Positions 1-11,577 of a stretch of 39,724 bases of DNA are shown here, piece after piece. This DNA comes from Octopus bimaculoides. Lineage: Eukaryota. Each line of letters opens with the position of its first letter. Position 1 is the stretch's first letter. A model generated the notes under the pieces. That model searched no databases. It was not told where the DNA came from and was given only the letters and a program-made list of their open reading frames with translations. Made by a program: the position numbers and the translations under genes. The stretch is taken from assembly GCF_001194135.2 (NCBI RefSeq), contig NC_068982.1, positions 98,171,698-98,211,421 on the forward strand. Direction: 5' to 3'.

Positions 1-123
1 GGGGGGGGGGGTAAAGTTTTCCCAATTTAATCGACTCAGTAGATGACTGCCACTATTTTATTGGCTGTGGAAAGGATAAAAGGCAAACAAAACTTTGATT
101 TCTTTTTGCAAGCCTATTAGGCA

Positions 124-1655
124 ATGTGGAGTAGTACTCATGACCTTTCAGGCACTCCCAAATTGGTGAGATTGATGCTGCCAACGCTCTTCCCCGAACA
201 TACGTTGGTAAATGTCAAAGTGAACAGGGGTCGGTGGGAAGAGGAATCTCCACTAAAGACGCCCAAGCGCTTTGCTTGTAGTATTAAGCAGAGCAGCGTG
301 CTAGGTCTGAACACAGAACATAGAATAACGGAACTAAATGCTATTACGTAAGTAGTCCGAGTATGTTTACACAATGCCATCGTCTTCCAGCAAAGAATAT
401 AATTTCTGCTGGAGACATAAGGCCATAGACTTCGATAGTTGAGTGGTTCTTATATTGCTGCCTCTGGTGAATAAAAGACACCGTTTTGATCGAGGTGGGT
501 GAGTTCCTTTTTCTCTTGTAAGCTGTATTCTTCATCTATCCGGCTGTACAACAGCTGCGTCTGAAAGATTCGGGAAACTTGGAGTTATGGGCTTTGGTTG
601 CGTGAGTAATGTGAATGGACTAGCTTAGGAAGATTGTTTTGGACAATTTCTTAGCTGTTTCTAAGATTCAAGCGTGAAGTACATTTGCTATCAGAGATAA
701 CCAGCACATGTGGATCACCGAACAGTTAACTGACTTCTAATGTCATATGATTCTGGGAACAAGGATTTGCATGAAGTACGTGGTTTTTAATTGGGTGGCT
801 TTGATCCAGCAGTTGTCGGACATTTCATTAGACACAGACACGGTGATAGTTTGATAAAGGCAGAGTTTCAGGAACCTGTGTATAAGTCAAGTATGTGTGA
901 GTGATGCCATTAATCGTTATAGAAAGTTTCAGACAACAAAAGATGCGGCTTCTGCACCAGTTATATTGGTATTTTTTACTTGAGCCCTAGGAGTTACAAG
1001 GTTGGTGACCCGGTTTTTATAGTGTATAAGTGGTCGAGATCACAACATTTCCCCTCAACGGGGACACCGATCCGTTGCACGGTTCGAGGCCAACAATTTT
1101 GAGGCGAGGGGACAAGTAGATTACATCGACCCCACTACATGACTGGTACTTATTTTATCGACACTGAAAGAATGAAAAGCAAAGTTGACCTCAGCGGGAT
1201 TTGAATTCCATACGTAAAAAGCCGGAAGAAATGCTGCTAAGCATTTTGTCCGACGTGCTAACTATTCTACCTGCTCGCCGCCTTAGCATTAGCATTGCAA
1301 GAGTACTAAAGTTCGGAAGAGTTGCGAACGCTGAAATCACCGAAGTTGATAGCTTTGGATAGGTTTGAAGTGGGATAAATATTCTCAGTACAGAATAACA
1401 AATGGCTGAATAAATCATTGGTTGTTGCAGGAGTTAGGGGAACGGTAGCCGCAGCAGATGAATTTAGAGGAGAGGGTTGAGGATATTTTGAGTTAGAGTA
1501 ACTGGAAGTGTTTGTTGCTGTATAAAGGTGAAAGAGGTGAGTCGGTGGGAAAGGATCGACATACGTGCAGACGCCACCTTTCAGAGCAAAGTTGGAATGT
1601 AGTGTGTAGCCTGGACAGCAGGGAGAGGTTATTGACAGTTTATTTTTAAAAAGTC
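124..1655 (-). mobile_element. Degenerate CR1/Jockey-group LINE ORF2 relic (APE endonuclease to start of RT), interrupted by SINE sequence at about 990-1285
   Basis: Minus-strand translation gives APE-like motifs GYTLHSNFALKGGVCTYV (about 1560-1612), FICCGYRSPNS (about 1430-1462) and INFGDFSVRN (about 1322-1352). Weaker RT-start-like remnants (EVYGLMSP, GDSSSHRP) lie at about 230-430. Many stops and frameshifts. Confidence 0.65.
1086..1284 (-). mobile_element. tRNA-derived SINE, family B (MetaSINE-like core)
   Basis: Reverse complement starts aaggcggcgagcaggtagaatagttagc, has a B-box-like attcaaatcc, and a core gtcaactttgcttttcattctttcagtgtcgataaaataagtacc. Homologous to 8749-8952 and 23225-23440. 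Confidence 0.75.
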
Positions 1656-1658
1656 ATA

Positions 1659-2050
1659 TGTCGCAGAGATTAATTACTCACTTGTGACTAGGAGAGGAAC
1701 AAGATGTGTAGTTTGTATGTTAGTTGGATTGTTTGTTGATACGTGGTTTAAGGGAAGACCGAGAACATGTATGTTCATAAAAAGGTTGACTGCACTAAGA
1801 AAAACAACAGACAAAGCAGACCATTTTCTTCCTAGCTAAGGCACCAGTATAACGAAACTTGTCTTTGTTCTCACAGTACCTACCGCTATCAATATGATAA
1901 CTTGCTTCTTTTTTAACCGGAAGATGTTATAGTCATTCCTATAAGTATTAGAAGTGCAAGGGAAGTGAATATGCATTTACGTTTTCAATTGTCATGAGCA
2001 CACATTTTACTTTACACCCTTCGACATTTCATTTAAATACAGCAGTTAAT
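1659..2050. repeat. Unclassified dispersed repeat, copy 1 (with about 190 bp of extra internal sequence)
   Basis: Blocks cagagattaattactc, gatgtgtagtt, ttatagtcattc...gaagtgcaag and cccttcgacatt...tttaaatacagcagttaat recur in the same order at 3964-4176. Confidence 0.8.
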
Positions 2051-2239
2051 TTTTAGTTCAATTATCTAATTTATAAGCGCAAGCATGGTTATCTGGTTAT
2101 GAAGCCCGCAGATCTTTGTGGCTTTCGTCACTGTTTGCAATTTTGTTTCAGTTGTTTTCAAATTTGACATATGGATTAAGTTTTGTATACTAATTATGAA
2201 AATGAAATTAATTTTTCATATAAATCCATAATTAAAAAA

Positions 2240-2957
2240 GTTATTAGCCTTTAAAATTTGCAAAGTCTGGGTATTTTTAGCCAATCAGAAACGAGTATCT
2301 TAGACATCACCATACCGAAGAAGTCTGTATCTCTAGTAACCAAAGCAAAAAAGCACCACGTGTTCCATAGCTGATTGCGAAGAACTCTGTTTCCATAGTA
2401 ACAAAAGATACTGCGCATGCGCACAAGGAGTTCTATAATTGTTTGTTTCCATATCAGATGGGACTCACACTCAACAAATTGAAAGTACCTGGGCATGGTT
2501 GACTCTTATATTTGTGAATTTATGTGGAGAAGGAGGTACGGGAAAGATTATTTTATAAAATCTTACAGTGTATTGCAAACTTTCGTTCTTGATTTTTTTT
2601 AACTAATAAATGTTTTCAACAATGTTTTGACTGCTATGTCTAGCAAATCCTGTTGGTTTGTTCAAAGCTCTTAAATAATTAATTCATTTGCGATTGTTTT
2701 AAAATTAACTTTGCTTGTGTATATTTTAATGTTTTGACTGTTATTTCTAGCAACTCCTATTGGTTTGTTTGTTCGTAGCTTTTAAATATTTGATTTGCTA
2801 TTTTAATGTTTTGATATGCTGATCCCCACCCCTCACTCCCGATGATGGACGAGGCAGCGAACGCGCTGTTTTCTGATTGGCTGAAAATTGTGAAAATTAA
2901 TCAAACTTTGAACACATGTAACATTTTTGCAAATTTTTTCTGGAATAAATGAATAAC
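2240..2957. mobile_element. Possible TIR-bounded non-autonomous element (unclassified)
   Basis: The left end gttatt..aaaatttgcaaa..ttttagccaatcagaaac is mirrored by gttttctgattggctgaaaa..tttgcaaatttt..aataac at 2869-2957. An internal ~107-bp tandem duplication lies at about 2630-2815. Confidence 0.4.
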
Positions 2958-3779
2958 AAATTCCGGATTCAGCGTCAAAAATTACATCTATATAATACGT
3001 TGAAAATTTTTGTTAAAGGTAATTGTAAATAGTGACAAAAACCATAAAGATCCAAGCTCGCTTTGCAACCATTTGCTTTCTGGTTCTNNNNNNNNNNNNN
3101 NNNNNNNNNNNNNNNNNNNNNNNNNNNNNNNNNNNNNNNNNNNNNNNNNNNNNNNNNNNNNNNNNNNNNNNNNNNNNNNNNNNNNNNNNNNNNNNNNNNN
3201 NNNNNNNNNNNNNNNNNNNNNNNNNNNNNNNNNNNNNNNNNNNNNNNNNNNNNNNNNNNNNNNNNNNNNNNNNNNNNNNNNNNNNNNNNNNNNNNNNNNN
3301 NNNNNNNNNNNNNNNNNNNNNNNNNNNNNNNNNNNNNNNTAGAAACATCCCCTTCATCAGCTGCCACCATTAAAACTCCGGCGTTTCGAAGAATTAAGGC
3401 AGTACGCATCGTTAAAATGGTTCTTATATATATACATATATGTATGTGTATGTTTGTTTGTTTGTGTGTGTGCGTGTGTGTGTGTGTGTGCGTGTGTGTA
3501 TGTGTGCGTGTGTGTGTGCGTGCGTGTGTGCATGTGTGTGTGTGTATGTGTATGTGTATCTGTGTTTCTGTGTGTCTGTGTGTAAGTGTGCATATAAATA
3601 TTAGCGACAGAAGCAGTATTAACATCGAATGGCTATCTCTGTATCCTATTCAATGTAGATGTCTAGTTAGAACGCCGAATACTGCAGTGTTCGTCCTAGG
3701 AGAATCTCTTATGCAGACGCATGATGCTAAGAGCACACATATATATCGTTAGCAGACAAGAACTGTCTGGGATGGGCAC

Positions 3780-3895
3780 CAGAACAGCCATATCACGTGA
3801 TTTCAGCATACTGCGCTTCTTCAATTTGTTCAGCTAAACCCTCAAAAGTGTGCTCCAGCATGGTTGCAGTCCAATGACCAAAACAAGTAAAAGGT
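3780..3895 (+). mobile_element. SINE family A 3' tail fragment
   Basis: gtgctccagcatggttgcagtccaatgaccaaaacaagtaaaag matches the family A tail (gtgctccagcatggccgcagtcaaatgactgaaacaagtaaaag). Confidence 0.7.
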
Positions 3896-3963
3896 AATCA
3901 TTTCAAAATTTAGATTTATATTTTAACGTTAATTATAATCTCATTAATTTAAAGCTTGTTCAT

Positions 3964-4176
3964 TGTCACAGAGATTAATTACTCGGGGATAGCGCTCGTG
4001 ACTCGGTGGGGAACAGGATGTGTAGTTGCTTCTTTTTTAGTCAGAAGATCTTATAGTCATTCATTTGAGTATTTGAAGTGCAAGAGAAATGAGTTTGCAT
4101 TTATGTTTTCAATTGGTCATGAGCATACAGTTTACTGTGCAACCCTTCGACATTTTATTTAAATACAGCAGTTAAT
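3964..4176. repeat. Unclassified dispersed repeat, copy 2
   Basis: Collinear with 1659-2050 but lacks that copy's internal segment. Confidence 0.8.
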
Positions 4177-5611
4177 CCAGGAGGAAATCCGTCCACATCA
4201 CAGTTCCAGTAGGTCATTGTTAATGCTGTTACTTTTAACTTTAATTATTCCTGTTGTTGAACAATGTCCTATCGAAAAAGTATGCCACAAAGAAAATGTA
4301 TCAGTTTCTGATAACATAATTTCAGTTGCATCACCAATTGTCATGAAAAAGATTTAGAAGGGAGCAGTTGTTTTCAACTGAAAGTAATAAGGATAAGGTT
4401 TAGATAATAAGAAACCCAAACTTTATTTAGTGGAACTCTGAGCGCTTATACAGCAGATTAATTGAAAGTGTAGTATCGAGCGGAGTTAAAATCCTGGACG
4501 ATGAAGAACTTAAGAGTAAGTACAAGCGATTCGTATTGTTATTGGCTTGCTTGCTGAGCACATTTTAATAAACATGTTATTTTAAACATCACTGAGAAGT
4601 AAATGAATGACTACGCTATCGTATTTTATCTCTTCTTGGGCAGAAAAAGTGGGATCGATGATTAGTTACTAGTTTCTAAGACCTTTTTAAGAGAAAGGGT
4701 ACATATCTTTTGTTTACTGAAAAATTAGTAGCTTGTATTCGATCTAGGACTTAACTAAGCTGGTTTGTTTAATTTGCATAACAGTGCATGTGATGGCAAC
4801 AGGGACTGTTTAGTTAATTAATTAATTAATATTGTACTTTAGAGCGTCCCTGGATAATTTGAAATATAAATTACATGATTTTTTAAAATTATACGCGTAT
4901 AGTTTTAGAATTCCTGTAAAAAGAAAACGAAGTGGTTACATCACAAATTTCGCAGCAAAAACAAAAAATGTGATAATTTCGACTAGTTTCGAAACTTGTT
5001 AGGTCTTTATCGAAAAAAGAATACCTATGTTCTATACACGAAGAGTTTAGTAGCTTATAGCTTTATACAGTGCATACAGATTAGGAGACAGCTGAACTGG
5101 TCTGTCTAATTTGTAAAACAGTACATGCACTGATAATGTAACTTAATTAATTCATTCATAACATACGGACAGATAAAATTAATTTATTCATAGCCCACAG
5201 TGAAATAAACCCTGTGAATGTAATCACATTTATTATTTTTCGCAGTGACTTTAAAATTGAAAATTTATGACTTAATCCACGTTGACAGCACATGCGTTGT
5301 TATACAAATTAGAACGACCATTTTGTTGATTCCTAGATTGTATACGGTGTAAATAGTTATAAGCTATTAATCTCTCTCTGTGGACCCAAGATTGATATTC
5401 TTCTCCTATAAATGACTAGCAACTAATCAGATCCACCTGATATTTTTCTCCGCACCAAGAGATTAAACCTATGGTGTAATAACTTTTTTTTTACATTTCA
5501 CAACGAGGCTAAACGTATAAAGTTATTTTAAAATGAATAGGTTACATTTGAAAACGACCCCATATTCAGATTAGTTATCAGCAACTCATGGACACTATTA
5601 TCTTGAGTTCT

Positions 5612-5838
5612 AAGAGTCCTAGGTCCGGTTACCCGGTTTCCATGGTGTATTAGTGATCGAGATCATAATATTACCCCTGAAGGAGACACCAATCTGTCTT
5701 AGGGTTACTCATTTGCAGTGAGATGATCGAAACAACGTGAAATGAAGTGTTTTGCTTAAGAACACAACGCACTATTCTGTCCTGAAATCGAAACCACGAC
5801 CGTGAGTGCAACACTCTAAGCACTGGGTCACGTGCCTT
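5612..5838 (-). mobile_element. tRNA-derived SINE, family C (CORE-like and V-domain-like segments)
   Basis: Reverse complement shows an A-box-like tgacccagtgcttag, a B-box-like ggtttcgattt, a CORE-like gcgttgtgttcttaagcaaaacactt, then a V-like ccctaagacagattggtgtctccttcagggg. The tail is similar to 990-1085. Confidence 0.6.
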
Positions 5839-6544
5839 TACTGCTCAGACTAGTGCACTATGAATAAAGTTTCCTGTGTCAAGTACCAATTGGATCTGTA
5901 CTAACATATGTGGCTTCGCTTCACTTTGCTTTGTTTTGCTTTCATATATCAAGTGAGAAAATACGTAGGTGTGTGCATATTAACTTGTGTGCATCTTGTG
6001 TAGAAAATGATTTCTTCAGGTGCTATGTACTGGAGAGGAAAAAATAAGCTGAGAGATTTTTCAATATTATATTTTATTAGAAAAAAAATAACGATTTTAT
6101 CCAGTTTATTCAAAAGACAGGATGCATCTTGTTGAATACTTGAGAAGATTCTTTATAAGGTTTGGTAGTAACGGATTCTGCTGGGGTTAAAAATTTTTAA
6201 GAGGCGTGGCATTAATGGGGTTGCTAAGTTTATTAATTAACTTCAAAGAACTCACCACTGATGTGTTGCTAAATTTAGACTTGAGTTTGTCAACCGTAAT
6301 GGTTCAAAGGCATCAACATCGTGTAATTATTTGTTTGAGTTAGAAGGCATCACATTTGGTTTTCTTTAAGATTTAATATTCAGCAAGTGGATTTCAAAGT
6401 GTTAGAGCACTGAGCAATATCTCTTGCGGTATTTACTTACAACTTAATTCGTTTTCAAACTCTGCTAAGGTGACTTTATCTATCAAAGGTCGGTAAAATA
6501 AATCAGTCAAACCCACGCGTCAATGTATTTTTTTTATGCTTTTA

Positions 6545-6915
6545 TTTGTTTAGTCTGGTGGAGGAAGAAGTACTCATGATCTTTGCAGAACGTCCGAGAC
6601 CCGTGGGCGTGATGCCGTTTATGTTCCGTGTTAACTGTTGCATGTCAACACCTGCTGAAAAGACATGCATCAGGGAGGAGATTCCAGAAAGTCGATGTTC
6701 CGGGAATGTAGATCAGGCCTGGATGCAACAAGGATAGCGAAGAGTGACTCGGGCGCATGAATAGAGGAGGTATCAGACCAGCTGGCTTCAAGGAAGAAAT
6801 CGACTACAGGTCTCCATCAAATTTGTGGTTCTGCATCCACGACAGAAATCATTTCTATCATTGGAAGCACTTTAAGTGGATTACGAGTATTGCCTTTCCT
6901 CCGGCATAAAAGTTA
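6545..6915 (-). mobile_element. CR1/Jockey-group LINE 3' end relic
   Basis: Minus-strand translation GLIPPL...YIPGTSTFWNLLPDA resembles the C-terminal 'FIPRTSxLWNxLP' motif. It is followed by an A-rich end (aaacaaataaa). Confidence 0.5.
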
Positions 6916-7122
6916 GCCGTAATTACCACTGTTGTTGTTGTTGTTGTTTCGTTGTAGTATTGTTGCTGTTATTGATGTTGGTATTGAAGGCTTCAACTCC
7001 AAGAAAAAAGGGTAGTGTACTTAAAGACTTTTTTCATGGCCTCCGAAACTTGATAGGAGCAAAGGAAGAGGTTTTTCTCTAGCCGAAATCCCGAAACGAA
7101 TGTATGCAAGTCGATGGTGTCC

Positions 7123-7194
7123 GCTAAAGGTGGATGGAGTTCTGCTAAAGGTGGGTGGAGTTCTGCTAAAGGTGGATGGAGTTCTGCTAAAGGT
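7123..7194. repeat. 21-bp minisatellite, about 3.4 copies (gctaaaggtggatggagttct)
   Basis: Direct tandem units start at 7123, 7144, 7165 and 7186 (partial), with one substitution in unit 2. Confidence 0.95.
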
Positions 7195-7625
7195 ATGTGA
7201 AATCTGCTAAGCACCACCATCGGAGCACTGGATCAATGGCTCAATGGTGGTGTTAAACCAAGTGTCAAATTATGTTTAACACCTCCCAAAAAGAAAGATT
7301 CCCTCATCAGACTATCACAGTTTCCATCCACCAAATTTCACTTTCATGTTTTGATCAACGTGAAGCAATGGAAAACGCTATTTATTCAATGTGTCGCACA
7401 CTAGGATCAAACCGGAAAGCCTGTAGTTGCAAATCAAAATTAATAATCACACGATCATACGGTTGTGTAAAAGATAGCATCATCCTATACTGGGATCGAA
7501 ATCGGACATTTAATTTAACTTCCAAGCGAGAATTTTTCCACACCAACAACTGGGATAATCGTTTTTTAAATGAAACGCTTGTAATATGAGTCATGGAGGG
7601 AGACTCTGTTCTATTGTGCGACATG

Positions 7626-8030
7626 TACTCTTACTCTTACTCTTACTTGTTTCAGTCATTTGACTGCGGCCATGCTGGAGCACCGCTTTTAGTCGAGCAA
7701 ATCGACCCCAGGACTTATTCTTTGTAAGCCTAGTACTTATTCTATCGGTCTCTTTTTGCCGAACCGCTAAGTTACGGGGACGTGAACACACCAGCATCGG
7801 TTGTCAAGCGATGGTGGAGGGACAAACACAGACACACAAACACACACACATTATATATATATATATATATAGGGCGGGCTTCTTTCAGTTTCTGTCTACC
7901 AAATCCACTCACAAGGCTTTATTCGGCCCGAGGCTATAGTAGAAGACACTTGCCCAAGATGCCACGCAGTGGGACTGAACCCAGAACCATGTGGTTGGTA
8001 AGCAAGCTACTTACCACACAGCCACTCCTG
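7626..8030 (-). mobile_element. SINE family A, full length (tRNA head, CORE-like segment, internal (CA)/(TA) microsatellite, repeated tail)
   Basis: Reverse complement has A-box tggctgtgtgg, B-box ggttcagtcc, CORE-like ttgggcaagtgtcttc, and the tail gtgctccagcatggccgcagtcaaatgactgaaacaagt followed by (aagagt)n. Many near-identical copies occur in the window. Confidence 0.92.
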
Positions 8031-8748
8031 TGTTAAAAATAATAGCTAAATCTCCCTCAAATCACCTTATATTGTCGTAAAGTAAAGAAAAATGCGTTGA
8101 ATATGTGATGGTTACGTCTAAAACGTATTTCTTTATGTCTGCTCGGTCGAGGTTCTAGCAAGGCTTGATACCAACAACAACGACGACGATTACGATAACA
8201 ACAACAACAACAACAATTCTCGCAAGCTTAATATAAATGAAGCAAGGGAAATTTCCGTGCAAACAAATTTTTACAGGCTCTCTCTCACTTCCCTAAACTG
8301 TTGTTATGTGTTTTGCTCTCTAACCCAAAGGATCTCGTCTTACTTGACTGTGGTCATAGCATTCTCGTTACTACGCAATCGGGAATTTCGTTCACCCGTT
8401 TGTAAAGAGAATTTTAAAATTGCCTCAAAAACACAGAAAGAAAGAAAAATAAGAAAAAAAACAAGAGAAATGTATTGAGTACAGGCAAAATGCACTGGAA
8501 CTTAGCAACCTTGCCGAAAAGCTAATATACAATCTCTAAAACTATCTTAAAAATACTATTTATAAAAAAAAAAAAAATGCTGTTTTCAGTAACTTTAAAT
8601 AAATTTAGCAGCTTTATTTTATTCTATAATTTTTATATTGAATTTAATAATCCCTGCTTTAATAATAATGGGTTTACGTAGTAGACCCATTATTATTTTT
8701 GAGGAATATGGAAAAGGTGTATAAATTCTAGTAATAATTTTGATTTCC

Positions 8749-8952
8749 AAGGCAGAGGGACTCGCAGAATCATTTGCACGCCGGACAAAATGCTTGGCGG
8801 CATTTCGTCCGTTTTACATTCTGAATTCAAATTCCACCGAGGCTGACTTTGCTTTTTATCCTTTCAGTGTCGATAAAATAAATACCAGTTAATCACAGGG
8901 ATCGATTTAACCGCTCCTCGAAATTGCTGGCCTTGTGCTAAAATTTGAAATC
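8749..8952 (+). mobile_element. SINE family B (MetaSINE-like core)
   Basis: aaggcagagggactcgcagaatc...ttcaaattccaccgaggctgactttgctttttatcctttcagtgtcgataaaataaatacc is homologous to 1086-1284. Confidence 0.75.
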
Positions 8953-9047
8953 AATAATATTGATTTGTAGACATGGTGCAAGACAACACGGTTTTGGAAG
9001 GAAAATTTTGATAAATCGATCTAGTACTTTATTTTATCGATCTCGGA

Positions 9048-9048
<1 letters not shown>

Positions 9049-9141
<93 letters not shown>
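9049..9141. repeat. (GA)n microsatellite
   Basis: Perfect dinucleotide run of about 90 bp. Confidence 0.98.
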
Positions 9142-9144
<3 letters not shown>

Positions 9145-9479
9145 GTTGCATTATGAGTAACCTGCATATCAAGAAGGATCAAAACGTGAATCCTTTTTCA
9201 AAAACTTTGATTAGCTTTGTTCATATTCTGCTGGTTATCGCTGAAGGTGACTCAGTTCGACTTCCCTAGATGTATGACTTGCTACAAAGACCACACTGAG
9301 TATGTTTTTCTCTTTCTTCTCCACCTTTTATCTCCATCTCTGTCTCTCTATCTACATACGTGCATACATACATACATAGATCGTATTGTCGCAAGCAGAT
9401 ATGCAATAGGTGCGTATATGTAATATAAATATTTATTCCGTATACAAGAACCAAAGATATCTAATCAAAGGAACACATG

Positions 9480-9875
9480 CAGTATCCATCCATCCATCCA
9501 TCCCTCTATCCATACAGACATACACACACTAATACACACACATACACACACATGCACACACACATACATATATACATACATGCATGCATACATATATGCA
9601 CACACACATACATATATGCATACATACATACATACATACATACATACACAATACATACATACACTAATACACACACATACACACACACACATACACACAC
9701 ACATACAAATATACATACATACATGCATACATATATACACACACACACATACACACACACATACAAATATACATACATACATGCATACATATATACACAC
9801 ACATACATACATACATACATGCATGCATACATACATACATACATACATACATACATACATACATACATACATACC
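9480..9875. repeat. Compound (CA)n/(TACA)n microsatellite
   Basis: Direct reading; it explains the overlapping MYVC/HTYI ORFs. Confidence 0.95.
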
Positions 9876-10132
9876 CATATCAATAAACGCATGGCGGATA
9901 TATCGTTAATGCATTTTCCTTAGGACACTCTAGCAGAGCTCTCGGCTGTATATTGAACCTAGGTCGCAGACACAGATCACCATGACCTTGCGACATTCGA
10001 AATAGCTCTTGCAATGCGCGCGCGTGCATGCAATGTTAAAGAAGTTTGCCAACTTGTATGAAAGATAAAGGTAGTTTATACGTAATAGTAGAAGAGGGAT
10101 TGAAATGATGGAAAGTAAAAGAGAATAGGCGT

Positions 10133-10270
<138 letters not shown>

Positions 10271-10500
10271 GGGAATGAAATGAATGTAGAGTGAAATAGA
10301 TACAGAAGAAGCATACACGGTGCTACTCAATATGTTAGAACATTCACTAAAGGCAGCAATTAATTAGATATTTAATATCAATTTTGATTATTTAGTTGGT
10401 AGATAACATAAATACATTTTGGAAAGTCGATTCTAAACGGAACTCGCATGACCAACTGACTGCAGAGATCTAACACGGCTATTTATTATGAAAGGATATA

Positions 10501-10654
10501 TACGTGGGGCTGCTGAAAAGTTACTGAGTTTAAGGGTGTCGCGAAAGGCCTGGTTGGAGGCCCAACCTTCCGAGTTCTTTTACAAGGCTAAGAAAAACTG
10601 AAGCACTGCTGCAATAAGTGTGTGAATCTGAGGGAGAATATGTTGAATAAAATC
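10501..10654 (+). mobile_element. Mariner-derived MITE (TIR joined to the transposase 3' end)
   Basis: Starts tacgtggggctgctgaaaagtt (mariner-like TIR), followed by sequence resembling the mariner C-terminus (EFFYK..KLK..CNKCVNL.GEYVE*). A homologous copy lies at 25973-26190 on the minus strand. Confidence 0.7.
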
Positions 10655-11492
10655 ACCCTCCCCCGTACACAATTTTTTAGTATCACATCTAATTTTAACT
10701 TTTATTTTCATTTTTCTATTTTCGAACTTAGCAAATGTAAAGAAGTTTAACAAAGGAAGCAACTCACCCCAACATTTAGTTAAAAACTAATGAATTATGT
10801 CCTTATAGTCTTTATATATATATGGGTACATATGTGTGTGTCTGTGAATATGCGTACGAGTGTGTACAGCCAATGTCGAGAGATTGGGATGATGGTCGTT
10901 TTATCCGAAAAGTAAGCGGTTCTGTGCACGCTTCACTTACACTAACCATTTTCATGCACAGGGAGTTCTCGGAAAATTACACTCTTAAAGAAATTCCTGT
11001 GGTGATGAGAAGTAGTGGAACATACAAGCTTGACCAGCGAAGGTATTTCACGGCAAACCCGTACAGAGGTGGTATGGCATATTGATCGCATTTTTTCCAT
11101 ACTACAGCGATGGCAAGATTCGGCAGCATTTCGAGTGTCTGAGAAACCCATTCCATAGAAAGTACTGCTTACATGTTAAACTGGAAGGACCTACAAAAGG
11201 TGATTTCGACAAAGATCGCCTGACTCTAGAATTGGTCAGGAAGCCCGCTGTAGGCTGTTGACTACTCTTTGCGGGCTTCCGTTTTAACAGTCTAGAAATT
11301 TTCAGCTTTTCATGAGGTAATCGAACACAGACACGAGCTGAGTTCCATCAACACTATATATCTACAAATACGCATGCGCGCACGCACGCACACAGGCACG
11401 CGCACCCCCCACATACAAACGCACCACACCCCCCACATACAAACGCACACACACAATTATACATATTCATAAAAAGATCAGTATACATACCT

Positions 11493-11495
11493 ATA

Positions 11496-11548
<53 letters not shown>

Positions 11549-11577
11549 GTCTATCTATCTGTCTATCTATCTATATA
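11493..11577. repeat. (CTAT)n microsatellite abutting the Penelope-like element 3' end
   Basis: Direct reading. Confidence 0.95.

Noticed and set aside
7123-7194. CRISPR-like array
   Set aside because: The units are directly adjacent with no unique spacers, and the context is eukaryotic.
11239-11296. Helitron 3' terminus (hairpin plus CTAG)
   Set aside because: The loop is long (22 nt), the base after CTAG is A rather than T, and no 5' TC end or Rep/helicase sequence was found.
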